DNA from: Octopus vulgaris
Taxonomy: Eukaryota
DNA length: 64,000 nt
NCBI GenBank assembly: GCA_951406725.2
Contig: OX597814.1
Coordinates: 33,790,001-33,854,000, forward strand
Reading direction: 5' to 3'
This document shows, piece by piece, positions 39,327 to 52,666 of the stretch (its first letter is position 1; every line of letters begins with the position of its first letter). The notes beneath the pieces are model-generated. The model saw nothing but the letters and a program-made list of their open reading frames with translations. It did not search any database and was not told the DNA's origin. The position numbers and the translations under genes are program-made.

Positions 39327-40139
39327 ACCCACAGGGAGCTAAACACAGGAAACAAACAAGGACAGACAGATTAAGTCGATTATATCAACCCCAGTGCGTA
39401 ACTGGTACTTAATTTATCGATCCCCAAAAGGATGAAAAAGTCGACCTCGGCGGATTTTGAACTCAGAACATAACGGCAGACGAAATACAGCTACGCATTT
39501 CGCCCAGCGTGCTAAAGTTTCTGCCAGCTCGACGCTTTATATAAGTACCAGTTACACACTGGGGTCAATATAATTGACTTAATCCGTTTGTTCCCTCTGT
39601 GTCTGCCCCCTTGTAGGCAGTACAGAAATAAGAAATGTATGTACATGTATATCAGATCTTGTATATATCTGTAATTCAAGATACATTAATAAAGTTAAAT
39701 TCAACACACTATTAACGCATAACATCATTATGCCACCTATGATAAGAAAAAGTGTCACATTTTGAACTTCAGAAAAGCCTTGCATATTTAAAATGCAATA
39801 GTTTTTATCATGCATGTGTGAGAGAATACAAATACATACGACAGAACATGATCACGCACACATTAACTTCCTCTTCCACTTTGACACATCATAAGTAAAT
39901 GAATAAACTTTCCACGGAAACTAACAAACAAAAGTGACAATTCTGAGACTCAATCCAACTGATTACTGGAAAATCTTACTTTATTTTGAAATAGGTAAAG
40001 GTTGGTGACAAGGACAGCTGGTTATAAAAATCCTATATCAATGAACTCCAAAATGGTTAATGGTTTGCGAGATACCCACAAGTATTTTCTTACCATAATT
40101 GATGGTAACAATCTTAAACATGAAAATCGTCTCAATGCA

Positions 40140-40630
40140 AAATATCAGCTACTGGGAAAGACTGAAGGTATTAAACCTCTTCTCCCTAGAGCGGAGGCGG
40201 GAGAGATATGTGGTGATATACATCTGGAAAATCCTGGAGGGTCTTGTCCCAAACTTTGGCATTCAAAGTTACCCCAACCACAGAACGGGGCGCCAAGGAT
40301 TCCAACATCACCATCAAAATACAGGTCCAGATACTGCAACAGCTTGGGTTTCAGAGGACCACAGCTCTTTAACATCCTAAATGCCTGAGAGACTTACATG
40401 GTGTGGATGTGGGTTTCTTTAAAACTAAACTGGATCTCTTCTTGTCGGGAGTCCCAGATGAACCTACCTCACAACAGGAGACGCGGGTGCGGGCAGCAGC
40501 ATCAAACTCCCTTGTTGATCAAGTGCCACGTATCAGAAGTGGATTCACAAATTAGTGTAGCTCATTCAGCGGTGGTGCCCCAGCATGGCCGCGGCCTTCG
40601 GGCTAAAATATTTTTAAGGATTTAAGGATG
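40140..40630 (+). mobile_element. LINE 3' fragment (CR1/L2 group)
   Basis: SYWERLKVLNLFSLERRRERY..IYIWKILEGLVPN..; SLGFRGPQLFN; short tandem tail TTTAAGGA. Confidence 0.8.
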
Positions 40631-43600
40631 TAGTGTACAGAAAATTATTTGGTTTTGGGCTAGTTTGTCTTTAAAATTCTAAAATGTCTTTATCTTTCAC
40701 ACAGTATCAGTGTGGTTGTAATGGGCTTGCAATGAGATGTTTCAGCCAGTTGTAGCTGAGTAAGATCACAAATTTCTAAAATACTTAGACCCAAAATAGG
40801 CATCATTTTAACGTCCACTTTTCCATGAAAGCATGGGTCAGAAAGAATTCACTGAGGCAGATTTTCTATGGTTGGATGCCTTCTTGTCAACAACCCTCCC
40901 TTGTTTCCAAACAAGGTATTATTTCTGTGGCCAGACATGTCTTCAAAGAAGAATGTAAATGAAAGATACTAGTATAATGGTGACACGCACACATATATAC
41001 ATACTTATATATATATATATATATATAAACTGAGTTGTTGGGATTAGGAAGGGCATCCAGCTGTAGAAACTTTGCCAATTCAGAATGGAGCTTGGTGTAG
41101 CCTTCTGGTTCACCAGCCCTCAGTCAAACCCATGCCAGCATGGAAAACGGACGTTAAACGACGATGATAATGATACACACACAAGGGACTTCTTTCAGTT
41201 TTTGTCTACTAAATCCACTCACAAGGATTTAGTAGACAAATCATAGATGTAAGATTATATTACCATTTATGCTTGCTTCACTTTTGATATCAATCTACAT
41301 GAGACTGCCACAAAGTTAATTTGTTTAGAACAGGTTTATTTTACCAAATTCTTCATAACTGAAACAAAAGCAATGTATTCCAACAAAAACATGGTAGCAA
41401 AAGGGTTGGTGTCAACCAGTGATTAAATTTTACCACACAGAAAAACAATCTTCTGGGGCTACAGAAATAATTTCACTAGGTATAAGTGTCTTCTCCAATA
41501 GCCCAGGACCAACCTAAGCTTTAACTGAAAAACCCACAAGGGGTTAAACATAGAGGGGACAAACAAGGACTGAATGGATTAAGTCTATTACATCAACCCC
41601 AGTGCGTAACTGGTACTTAATTTATCGACCCCGAAAGGATGAAAGGCAAAGTCGACCTTGGCGGAATTTGAACTCAAAAACTAGCGGCAGACGAAATACC
41701 GCTAAGCATTTCGCCCGGTGCGCTAACGTTTCTGCCAGCTCGCCGCCTTATGTGTGTCCCTGTCTTGACATCATGTGGCAGTGATAAATTAATGTTACTA
41801 TTATACAAGCAGTCATTCATTTCCAATATTCTGTGAGAACATGTCTGGCCACAGGGAAATATTACTTTGCTTAGAAACAGGTAAGTTGGTGACAGGAAGG
41901 AGATTTGGTTGTAGGAAATCTGTATAAATGTGTGACCCATTCAAGTATTGAAAAGTGGATGTCAGAATGCTGATGATCAACTTATATCTATAAAAATTTA
42001 CCAGGTTCCTGTGGGCTTCTGAAATCTTGTACACAGATGACTGGCATACGTTTCATTTGGGAGATGTACAAAACCAATACGAACAAGAATAGACCATTAA
42101 AGTAATTCGTTAAGTACCATTTTCCACCAACCAAATAGCCTTGCCCATTAAACTAGTTAACAGGAGGCAGATTATGTTCAAAATTTCTTCAATACTACAA
42201 AGAAATTGAAATATATATATTTCTAAACACATTCATGTAAAAAATCATGTCTCCAACTAAAACCTATTTGTTGTATGAAAGACAATTTTGGCTTCTTACC
42301 TTGATGTGAAATACGTTCGTTCACTCGTTTTCCGTTGTGAACACAATATACCGAGGGATTGTTACTAACCCTTACCTGCTTTTCAAGGAAATGATCTTTT
42401 TCACGCTCTGAAGACACAAAGTCTGCAGACAGTTTGGACAGAAGTGAGCAACTTTCATAGAGATAAAATGTAAGCACACATAAATACGATGTCGTTCTTT
42501 CAAATTCCACCTAGCGAATTCACTCAGAAGGATCTGGTCGGCCTGGTGCTGTCGTAGAAGGCACTATCTTCACTGTGGGACTAAACAAAGCCATGTGGTT
42601 GGGATGCGAGCTTCATAACCAGTCATGTCTACGCCTGTGTATGTAAATCTATTCTTGATCCCACCTCAGCTAACATTATAATATACTTAGAAAATTCGAA
42701 GGTCCTAATGACATGGCTAAATATAAACTACCATTTCAGATTGAAATGCGTGAAGAATTTATTCGGAAATTATGAACACAAGACCATCCTATAGAATGCT
42801 GTAAGACAATCGGGTTGTTGTTTCCCAATTGAACATGTGATCAATGCGATCATGAAATTAGGGAATCAAAACAAAACCGTGGATACGGTTCATGCTGACA
42901 ATGCCTTATGAAGAAACAGATTTGAAAACCCTAAACAGAAATTGGACGAAATAATCGAATTGAGTAGCTTCTTTTAAAATCCATATTGATTCAGTTTGAA
43001 GCGTGGGGTAAAAACCAAGAACACAATATATTTTAAAGACGGGCGAAATACTTAGAATTTTCTGCACTTATCACCAAATGTGCATATTCTTTACCTTCGC
43101 TGTAACGTCTAAGAGCGGCCAATTTGACTACTGCACAAGGCGCCAACCTACGTTACACCACTGGATATAAAATGTACATACGCACATTTTTTCTTTTTTT
43201 CCTTTTCACTTGTTTCAGTCATTTGACAGCGGCCACGCTGGAGCACCGCCTTTAAATAATAATCGAAGGGGTTCATAGATAATGTATTTTTCGATATTAT
43301 TATTAATCAGATCACTGCCTAGAATCGAACTCGGAATACTTGGGGTTAGTAGACCGCGCTTTTAACCATTACGCCATTCAAAAGTCATATATATAAATGT
43401 ATATAGTACAGTATAGGTGTAGAAAATAAGTTGTCCCATTTGTTTCTATATGAGAAAGGTACTAGCGGCATGTTTAAAAATGGGACGTAGTTTTCTCTAT
43501 GCCCTATTTACATTCTCCGTTACAGTTGTTCCCCAAATTTTACTTACATTGCTTTCCCATCAATTTACTGAAATATTAGGTAAAAACAAAATAAATTTAA

Positions 43601-43760
43601 ATACGCAGAAAAAAAAATAATTAGACAAAACGGTAAATGGAGCGGTTACGAAGATAAGCGGAAGTTTAACAGAAGAGCAATTTGGGAAGGGGGAAATAAT
43701 TCGAGCTTATCCACGTGGTGGACTAACTAACGTTTCAGGCAATACATTTTATAGATAGAT

Positions 43761-43795
<35 letters not shown>

Positions 43796-44042
43796 AGCAA
43801 AAGAAAATTTTTTTAAATCAATACAAACCAACATACTGGTTCACTTCAAACATTTATTTGTGATATAAAAGGAAGCAGTGTCTCTTATTTGGCAGATTAT
43901 AGTCATATTATAGATATTTAGTTCGTTTATCATTATCTTGACAGACAACAGTATAAAATATACAGTTTGATAACACGATGGGAATATCTGATGTACATAT
44001 ATATTAACTTACTTCCTTTTATCGAAGTGTTCCCTGTAAGAT

Positions 44043-44525
44043 TTATGCCACGAATTCATAGGGGATTGGTTCCAAGACTGTGGGCTTATTTTTGGCTATT
44101 GACACAAAATGCCTTTTCACAGGACCTGCAGGCTGTCTCTTTAAACAAACGCGAATTCCTTTAGCTTTTGCTTCAGCTTTCAGCTTGCTGCATTCGACGA
44201 TTCTCTGACGGAAATCCTGTTGACACTTGGATGGGTTCACGTGTTCGATCCTCAAGTTGATTCTCTTTGGGAAGATGCGATGCTTCACTCGTTTGTTGAC
44301 GATCACACCGACAGCGTGTTGTGTTACGTTGAAGACTCGACCCGTACGACCGTGGTAGGATTTATGCGGCATACCTTTTTGCACACCTCCGTCACCTTTA
44401 ACATCGACCAAGTCGCCACGTTTGTAGACTTTCATGTAAGTAGACAGTGGAAGGACTCCATGGCGGCGGAATCTCCTGGCAAACATGTGCCGAGTACCAC
44501 GACGATAACCTTTTGTGTTTGTCAT
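44043..44525 (-). CDS. RPL21: 60S ribosomal protein eL21, copy A (160 aa, intronless CDS)
   Basis: [15 protein letters not shown]...[12 protein letters not shown]...RIEHV...PIPYEFVA; intact; ATG at 44525; AATAAA on the minus strand at 43853-43858. Confidence 0.97.
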   Translation of the reverse strand: MTNTKGYRRGTRHMFARRFRRHGVLPLSTYMKVYKRGDLVDVKGDGGVQKGMPHKSYHGRTGRVFNVTQHAVGVIVNKRVKHRIFPKRINLRIEHVNPSKCQQDFRQRIVECSKLKAEAKAKGIRVCLKRQPAGPVKRHFVSIAKNKPTVLEPIPYEFVA

Positions 44526-44649
44526 TTTCACAAATTTGAGTTCCTGCTATAGTAAGACAACGACTTCACCAAGTCTTGTTCAGATTTAGCAGCAAAAGTC
44601 CAGTAGATACTGACTTTTCTCGACAACAGACCACGTTGTACGTGCGTAC

Positions 44650-44680
44650 AATATGGTGGCCAAAGCTAAAAAGGAAGATT
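44650..44680 (-). promoter_or_regulatory. TCT/5'TOP initiator and short non-coding first exon of RPL21 copy A; 5'UTR intron 44649-44547 (or 44544)
   Basis: Minus strand TCTTCCTTTTT (predicted +1 C at 44677), then GCCACCATATT|GTACGC donor and a TAGCAG tandem acceptor. Confidence 0.7.
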
Positions 44681-46626
44681 TTACCTCCCTTTGAATAAAA
44701 TTACACTTCCTTCCCACTAGAGGGCGCAACAGTTAAGGAGGAAGCTGACTGAAAGAGAGGTAAATAAGGAATAGCAGCAGTTGTCTCCCTTCCTTTCATT
44801 AAGAAACTTTCTTTGATGGTTTATAAATTACTGTGATTTTAGCAGCAAATATAAAATATAAATTAGGTAATTTATGATCAGGAAATATTAATATTTAAAT
44901 TCCTATCTGTTGGAGTTTCTGGTTAAGCACAGGAGAATTGATACCATAATAAAAAAAATATTTATTCTTAGTTTTTTAATCCCCGCTCCATAAGTCCTAA
45001 AAGTTCCATTCTATCAATTTTTTTTAATTAATAAAAAATACTAGAATGCAAATTTTTTGCTTAAAACCGAGCAACGGATCACCCTTGAATTCATCATCAT
45101 TCCATTAAATGTGTTTATGAGAAGAGAAATATTGATAACAATACATGTCAGAATAAAAAAAAAAAGGCGAATTTTTACCCAAAATGTGGAAGGTATCAAG
45201 TGATCACGAGATGTGCTAAAAATAACAGCTAAATCGCCCTTATTAAATCGCACGTATGAATTCTCGTGTGTAGAACACAAGTTCGCAAAAATTTTCAGAA
45301 AATTGAGAAGTTATATGAGGTGCTTAAACTAGAATTCCGCCAATTGATATTTCATTGTAGTGTATTATTAATGAGTTTCAGTTATGATACTTGTATGTAT
45401 ATACATATACTCGAGCTAGTAGAATGTTAGAACGACGCAGAAAATACTTTGCAGTACTCGTTCCGACTCTTAATGTTCTGTGTTTAAATCCCACCGTAGT
45501 CAACTAAGGGGTCGATAAAAGTAAAATACTAATGAAGTACTGGAGTGGGGGTGGGGTCGATGATATTGAGTAATCTTCTACCCTCGAAATTTATTTCTTT
45601 ATTGCCCACAAGGGGCTAAACACAGAGGAAACAAACAAGGACAGACAGACGGATTAAGTCGATTATATCTACCCCAGTGCGTAACTGGTACTTAATTTAT
45701 CGACCCCCCGAAAGGATGAAAGGCAAAGTCGACCTCGGCGGAATTTGAACTCAGAACGTAGCGGTAGACGAAATACGGCTACGCATTTCGCCCGGCGTGC
45801 TAACGGTTCTGCCAACTCGCCGCCTCGAAAGTGCTCGGCCTTACAGATGTGTGATTATGTTCGTTACGTAACTACATGGTTCTGAGTTCACTCCCATTGC
45901 GCAGTACATAGGACAAGTGTCTTCTGCTACAGCTTTGGACAGACTAATTCCTTATTAGTGAATTTGGTAGACGGAAACTGTGTGGGAACTTGTGTATCGT
46001 GTGTGTGTGTGCGTGTCCGCGCGGGCGCACATACGTGTATGTGGCCCCACATCTTGATTTGTTTACGTCCTCTACCAGTGCCGTCAAGGTAGTGCCCCAG
46101 CATGACCGTAATCCTATCACTGAAACAGATAATACACAATTACACAACGGGCTTCAGGAACTTAGTGAGGTGACGTAAAAAGAACCATCGATGAAAATGA
46201 AATTTTGGAAAAACTAAAAAAGCTACAACAGAGGCGTTGATTGCGAAAACACGCTGGTTTATGTTTTTATGTATCCTAGCTGTGAATAAATGCATCCTGG
46301 GTATGAACGGGATTATAACAGAAAGTTAAATACTTCGAAGTTTAAATTAACTTTTACATAGCAGCTCTAGAGACTATGAGTTGCTAAATGGGGGAAAGTG
46401 AGCTTAAGAAATTAGAAAACCATGGATTATCTTTTACTTGGTTTATTCAATGGACTGCGGCCACGCTGGAACCCGCCTTTTTTTTTTAATTATATTTTAT
46501 GCGAATTACAGGTGTTTCAGAATGTGCGGTATTAATGAAATGACGAACCATCAATCAAGAGAAAAAAAATCATTCTGTGACAGCCGTTCGGATAACACGA
46601 TGAACGGAAAGGGAGAAAGAAGTTTG

Positions 46627-47052
46627 GGCGATCTTTCGTCTCTAGTAGACCTTTCCGTCGATTTCCGTAAAAATTTTTTTTTTTTTTTTTACATATGGGC
46701 TTGCGGGAACTTTTGAAGTAATATACATACATATACACATACACCGAGTAAAAAATTTCAGTTATCTCTTTCTTTCACACATTACTCTGTCTCTTCACAC
46801 ATACTAACAGAAGCACTTCACTTACACAACATACTGTCTGTCTCCCACACCCCATCAAACACACACACACACATGTACATCAATGCTTCCCATGCACGGT
46901 AACTTCAAAAGAATTTCCCTCGTCATACAATCGCGTTCTCTTAGTCTCTTTCGCTCTCATTACTTCAAAAGTTCCCGCAAGCCCATATGTAAAAAAAAAA
47001 AAATTTTTTTACAGAAATCGACGGAAAGGTCTACTAGAGACGAAAGATTGCC
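46627..47052. mobile_element. MITE with ~95-bp TIRs (Merlin-like termini)
   Basis: Arms 46627-46722 and 46959-47052 are near-perfect reverse complements; GG...CC ends; perfect 8-bp TSD GAAGTTTG (46619-46626, 47053-47060). Confidence 0.88.
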
Positions 47053-49722
47053 GAAGTTTGAAAAACATTGGTTTTCAGAGAAAAACAAAATTCTTAATGC
47101 AAATTATATGTGTTTTAAAAAGTGGGATATTTTAAAAGAACGAAAAAACACCATACAAAACCAAAAAATTTCATTTTATTCGGGACAGCTATTCCGAAAG
47201 TCCGTCTTTTGACGATTGAGCTCATCTGTAGCAATCAATATTTATCTATTGATTTGGAATTCACGTCTAAATTACATCTCGATTGGTTTAATACCTGATT
47301 GTTTACCAGGTGGTTTATTTCTGAATATGTACACGCATGGTATCCTGGATAAGAATGCGAACAATCTTCGTTTTGAAATGAAAAGTTCTTACAGAATATA
47401 TCTGATATGGTATATAAAACCAGAAATAAGGTACTTGACGATCGGAATTCAGATTAATCGAAACTTGGTTGCGACCACAAAGTTATTCTATGATGGCTAG
47501 CATCATCTCAGGTATAAGACCTATTTCCCTCAATTGATGTTAGAAATAAAACTGTAATTAATTTTCGATAAGGAGAATCTGAAAATAAGCTTTAAACGGA
47601 GGAAATGATGGGGAGTGGGATAGACAGAAACTCGCTTTTGTCTGCATCTATCAGATGCAGACAAAACCGAGAGCTTAATTGATGGATAGATATTGATTAT
47701 CGATAGATTTAAAGAAACAGATATAAATAAAAATTTTAATGTTTTATTCAATAAAAATTAGATTTACACAAGCAAATGATTTAACAACAATAAAAATGAA
47801 TTAAAAAAAAGGCACACAGAGCTATAATAGGGAATAATGGTCCTACCTTTAAAAAATTTTAAGGTAATCCCAAAACCGCATTACTGAGGGTGATCACAAG
47901 GCTGAGATATTGAAACAGCCAAGCACCTTTATTATATAGATATTGCATTTAAACAGATACAGATAAATTGATATAGATGCTAATATATATATATAAACTC
48001 CAGTTTAAATCTAATTTGACACCAGCCAGTAAACCTACTCTTATTCGGTTATGTTATCTTCAGTAATTTGTACTATCAATTTGAGCTAGTTATTGTTCAT
48101 CATTAGATCAACTCTGGTTAAGCAAGTCAATTAGCAAACGCATTCCTGTTATAGCCATCTCGTCTTTCTTATTCTTTTTTCCCCTTTCTCTTTTCTTGCC
48201 TACACTGCCCCTAGGTCAATATACAATTGTGCCCTTTCTGCTTTTTTAAAAACAATAGGGCGATTCCAATGCTATTTCTAGCTGATAAAGCAACAGCGTA
48301 GAGGCTTCTTCAATCACTCCAATTTCTCTGAAGTCCGAATTATTACTTAATGTTTGTAAAATGTTTTATTTATTGCATACCCCTATGTTCGAGAATGAAC
48401 AATATTATTATAAAAAACAGTACGCTGGAAACCAATACGTGCATTTCTTCTGTCTTTATGTTCTGAGTTCAAATTCCGCCTAAGTTGACTTTGCCTTTCC
48501 ACCTTTCGGGTTCGATGAAATAGTACCAGCCGAGTCCTGGGGATCGATGTAATCAACTTATTTCATAATTGCTGGCCTTGTGCCAAAATTTGAAACCAAT
48601 ATTAAATTTTCGAAACTATTATTGAAACAGGACGAAGATTGGCAAAATCGATAGAACATCGTAGAAAATAGCTGCAGTGTTTAGTTTCATCCTTTTACAT
48701 TGTGAGTTCGAATTCCATGTAGTTAACCTTGTATTACGTCGCTTCTGGAGGCGATAAAATAAATACAAGTCATGTACAGGTTCGATTTAATCTGCTAAAC
48801 TCCACCAAAAATGTGGTCATGGCACTTCGCTTAGGAATAATTATTAAGAATAATGAATAAATATAGTTTTCTTTGCAAATAATTGTTTCTAATTAAATGT
48901 TGTGGTGCACCTGAGCACTGTATACAATAATTTCATTATTATTATTATTTATTATTATTATTATAAATTATTAAATTACTCATTTCATCACATTTACAAA
49001 GAGGGAGTAAAAACCAGAATTCTAATTTAAAAAAAAAACTGTGGTCGTCTATTCGATATGCAAGAAATAGCAGTCAAATCTCCCTCAAACACCTCTACAA
49101 TCATTTTTATCTTAAAATTGTGCAGCCCTAGGTAGACAGGTTGGAATGTATTCAGTTAAAAGATTTGCTTAAAAAGCATTTACTTGGGGGATTAAGCAAT
49201 AACAACATCCTACCAGCAACTATAAAAAAAAAAAGTAGGTTGGAAACGGTAAAGGTAAATTGGAAAGACGGATAAAATAGATTAAAATACTTGCCAAAAT
49301 ACAAACATTGCTGTTTACGAAATCTATAATTTTCGTTTAAAATTTTTAGCTTTCTTCTCTTCTTTTGCTCATTCGTCTTTCTAATTATTCTTCCTGATTT
49401 CTTTCTCTCTACTAAAATAATAAATTTTGTTTTTAGTTGATGCGTTATCCTCTGTCATCTCTTCAAACAAAATTAAAATCACATCCAAAAGTTGGTCGGT
49501 CGGTCGGTCGGTCGTCCGAGTCGAGACAACCTTATAATTTTGTACGCAGCAAGTTACTTCATCAAAACATGAAGGTCATTGAGACATCTGATTGTAGGCA
49601 GCTACTTAAATATCGATTTTCATCTATACAGGGCGATGCGCAATAATCTATAACCACTTGCTTCCTGCATTATTGGTCTGTATTCTCTTCCCACCACAGC
49701 GAGCACGCGTACCCTCCTCTTC

Positions 49723-49753
<31 letters not shown>

Positions 49754-49822
49754 ATTACACACATACATACACATTCCCACACACTTGTCTGTCTCTGTCT
49801 CTCTCTCATATATATATGTGTG

Positions 49823-49865
<43 letters not shown>

Positions 49866-50038
49866 TCTTTTACTTGTTTCAGTCATTTGACTGCGGCCAT
49901 GCTGGAGCACCGCCTTTAATCGAGCAACTCGACCCCGGGACTTATTCTTTGTAAGCCTCTTTTGCTGAACCGCTAAGTGACGGGGACATAAACACACCAG
50001 CATCGGTTGTCAAGCAATGCTAAGGGGACAAACACACA

Positions 50039-50094
<56 letters not shown>

Positions 50095-50225
50095 TACGAC
50101 GGGCTTCTATCAGTTTCTGTCTACCAAATCCACTCACAAGGCTTTGGTCGGCCCGAGGCTATAGTAGAAGAACCCAGAACCATGTGGTTGGTAAGCAAGC
50201 TACTTACCACACAGCCACTCCTGCG

Positions 50226-50279
<54 letters not shown>

Positions 50280-50557
50280 TTAATAAGGGTGAGAGAATTA
50301 GATACTAATTTAATAGTATATTTATTCCACACCAAGTGGCCTAGTGCTACGAGAAACCTGGATTATTATAATATTTTATAACATATTATAATATTTTCAC
50401 AAAATAAATATAAGAGAGTGTTCACTATATTGATCACTCTAGCACCAGTTAATCCAAGAGGTTTCAACCACGAAAAATACATGTTTCCCATGAAAGCCGG
50501 TACGACTGTTAGCTCACACGGACAGGGCAAATAAAAAATAACAAAAATACAGATTAT

Positions 50558-50635
50558 CTTGGGACAATTGTTTCGCTATTAATGAATTAAATGTAATATT
50601 ACTTACAGTAATCCATTTGTAGCTCTTCAGCCAAG
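50558..50635 (-). ncRNA. Type I hammerhead ribozyme motif, copy 1
   Basis: CUUGG CUGAAGA GCUA...UAGC GAAA CAAUU GUC^ CCAAG on the minus strand. Confidence 0.87.
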
Positions 50636-51092
50636 GCTATCTTGATGAAATCCACTCAATCACACGCCAGATTTTACCATAACGATAATTACGCGTGCGG
50701 TTCAATTGATTACATCGGACGTTATAATTCAAATGCCCCAACCAACAGCGCGCCAAACTCTCACGGAAAACAAAATACAGCATTTAGAAATAAATGCAGC
50801 ATAATTATAATTAATTAATAAGGGTGAGAGAATTAGATACTAATTTAATAGTATATTTATTCCACACCAAGTGGCCTAGTGCTACGAGAAACCTGGATTA
50901 TTATAATATTTTATAACATATTATAATATTTTCACAAAATAAATATAAGAGAGTGTTCACTATATTGATCACTCTAGCACCAGTTAATCCAAGAGGTTTC
51001 AACCACGAAAAATACATGTTTCCCATGAAAGCCGGTACGACTGTTAGCTCACACGGACAGGGCAAATAAAAAATAACAAAAATACAGATTAT

Positions 51093-51170
51093 CTTGGGAC
51101 AATTGTTTCGCTATTAATGAATTAAATGTAATATTACTTACAGTAATCCATTTGTAGCTCTTCAGCCAAG
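51093..51170 (-). ncRNA. Type I hammerhead ribozyme motif, copy 2
   Basis: Identical to copy 1, 535 bp further on. Confidence 0.87.
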
Positions 51171-51627
51171 GCTATCTTGATGAAATCCACTCAATCACAC
51201 GCCAGATTTTACCATAACGATAATTACGCGTGCGGTTCAATTGATTACATCGGACGTTATAATTCAAATGCCCCAACCAACAGCGCGCCAAACTCTCACG
51301 GAAAACAAAATACAGCATTTAGAAATAAATGCAGCATAATTATAATTAATTAATAAGGGTGAGAGAATTAGATACTAATTTAATAGTATATTTATTCCAC
51401 ACCAAGTGGCCTAGTGCTACGAGAAACCTGGATTATTATAATATTTTATAACATATTATAATATTTTCACAAAATAAATATAAGAGAGTGTTCACTATAT
51501 TGATCACTCTAGCACCAGTTAATCCAAGAGGTTTCAACCACGAAAAATACATGTTTCCCATGAAAGCCGGTACGACTGTTAGCTCACACGGACAGGGCAA
51601 ATAAAAAATAACAAAAATACAGATTAT

Positions 51628-51705
51628 CTTGGGACAATTGTTTCGCTATTAATGAATTAAATGTAATATTACTTACAGTAATCCATTTGTAGCTCTTCAG
51701 CCAAG
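51628..51705 (-). ncRNA. Type I hammerhead ribozyme motif, copy 3
   Basis: Identical to copy 1, 1070 bp further on. Confidence 0.87.
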
Positions 51706-51898
51706 GCTATCTTGATGAAATCCACTCAATCACACGCCAGATTTTACCATAACGATAATTACGCGTGCGGTTCAATTGATTACATCGGACGTTATAATTC
51801 AAATGCCCCAACCAACAGCGCGCCAAACTCTCACGGAAAACAAAATACAGCATATGGTAAAATCTGGCGTGTGATTGAGTGGATTTCATCAAGATAGC

Positions 51899-51976
51899 CT
51901 TGGCTGAAGAGCTACAAATGGATTACTGTAAGTAATATTACATTTAATTCATTAATAGCGAAACAATTGTCCCAAG
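51899..51976 (+). ncRNA. Type I hammerhead ribozyme motif, copy 4
   Basis: CTTGG CTGAAGA GCTA..TAGC GAAACAATTGTC CCAAG; predicted cleavage after C51971. Confidence 0.87.
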
Positions 51977-52432
51977 ATAATCTGTATTTTTGTTATTTTT
52001 TATTTGCCCTGTCCGTGTGAGCTAACAGTCGTACCGGCTTTCATGGGAAACATGTATTTTTCGTGGTTGAAACCTCTTGGATTAACTGGTGCTAGAGTGA
52101 TCAATATAGTGAACACTCTCTTATATTTATTTTGTGAAAATATTATAATATGTTATAAAATATTATAATAATCCAGGTTTCTCGTAGCACTAGGCCACTT
52201 GGTGTGGAATAAATATACTATTAAATTAGTATCTAATTCTCTCACCCTTATTAATTAATTATAATTATGCTGCATTTATTTCTAAATGCTGTATTTGTTT
52301 TCCGTGAGAGTTTGGCGCGCTGTTGGTTGGGGCATTTGAATTATAACGTCCGATGTAATCAATTGAACCGCACGCGTAATTATCGTTATGGTAAAATCTG
52401 GCGTGTGATTGAGTGGATTTCATCAAGATAGC

Positions 52433-52510
52433 CTTGGCTGAAGAGCTACAAATGGATTACTGTAAGTAATATTACATTTAATTCATTAATAGCGAAACAA
52501 TTGTCCCAAG
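52433..52510 (+). ncRNA. Type I hammerhead ribozyme motif, copy 5
   Basis: Same motif; predicted cleavage after C52505. Confidence 0.87.
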
Positions 52511-52666
52511 ATAATCTGTATTTTTGTTATTTTTTATTTGCCCTGTCCGTGTGAGCTAACAGTCGTACCGGCTTTCATGGGAAACATGTATTTTTCGTGG
52601 TTGAAACCTCTTGGATTAACTGGTGCTAGAGTGATCAATATAGTGAACACTCTCTTATATTTATTT

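Noticed and set aside
42310-42345. KRVNERI / AAACGAGTGAA similarity suggesting a third RPL21 remnant
   Set aside because: Only an ~11-nt match that does not extend.
44220-44552. 110-aa ORFs antisense to both RPL21 copies (also 55381-55713)
   Set aside because: Shadow frames of the conserved sense CDS.
50275-51853. CRISPR-like array
   Set aside because: Eukaryotic context; units are wholly identical with no unique spacers.
51707-51897. Mirror-image 61-aa ORFs on both strands
   Set aside because: A by-product of the palindrome centre; no recognisable domain.
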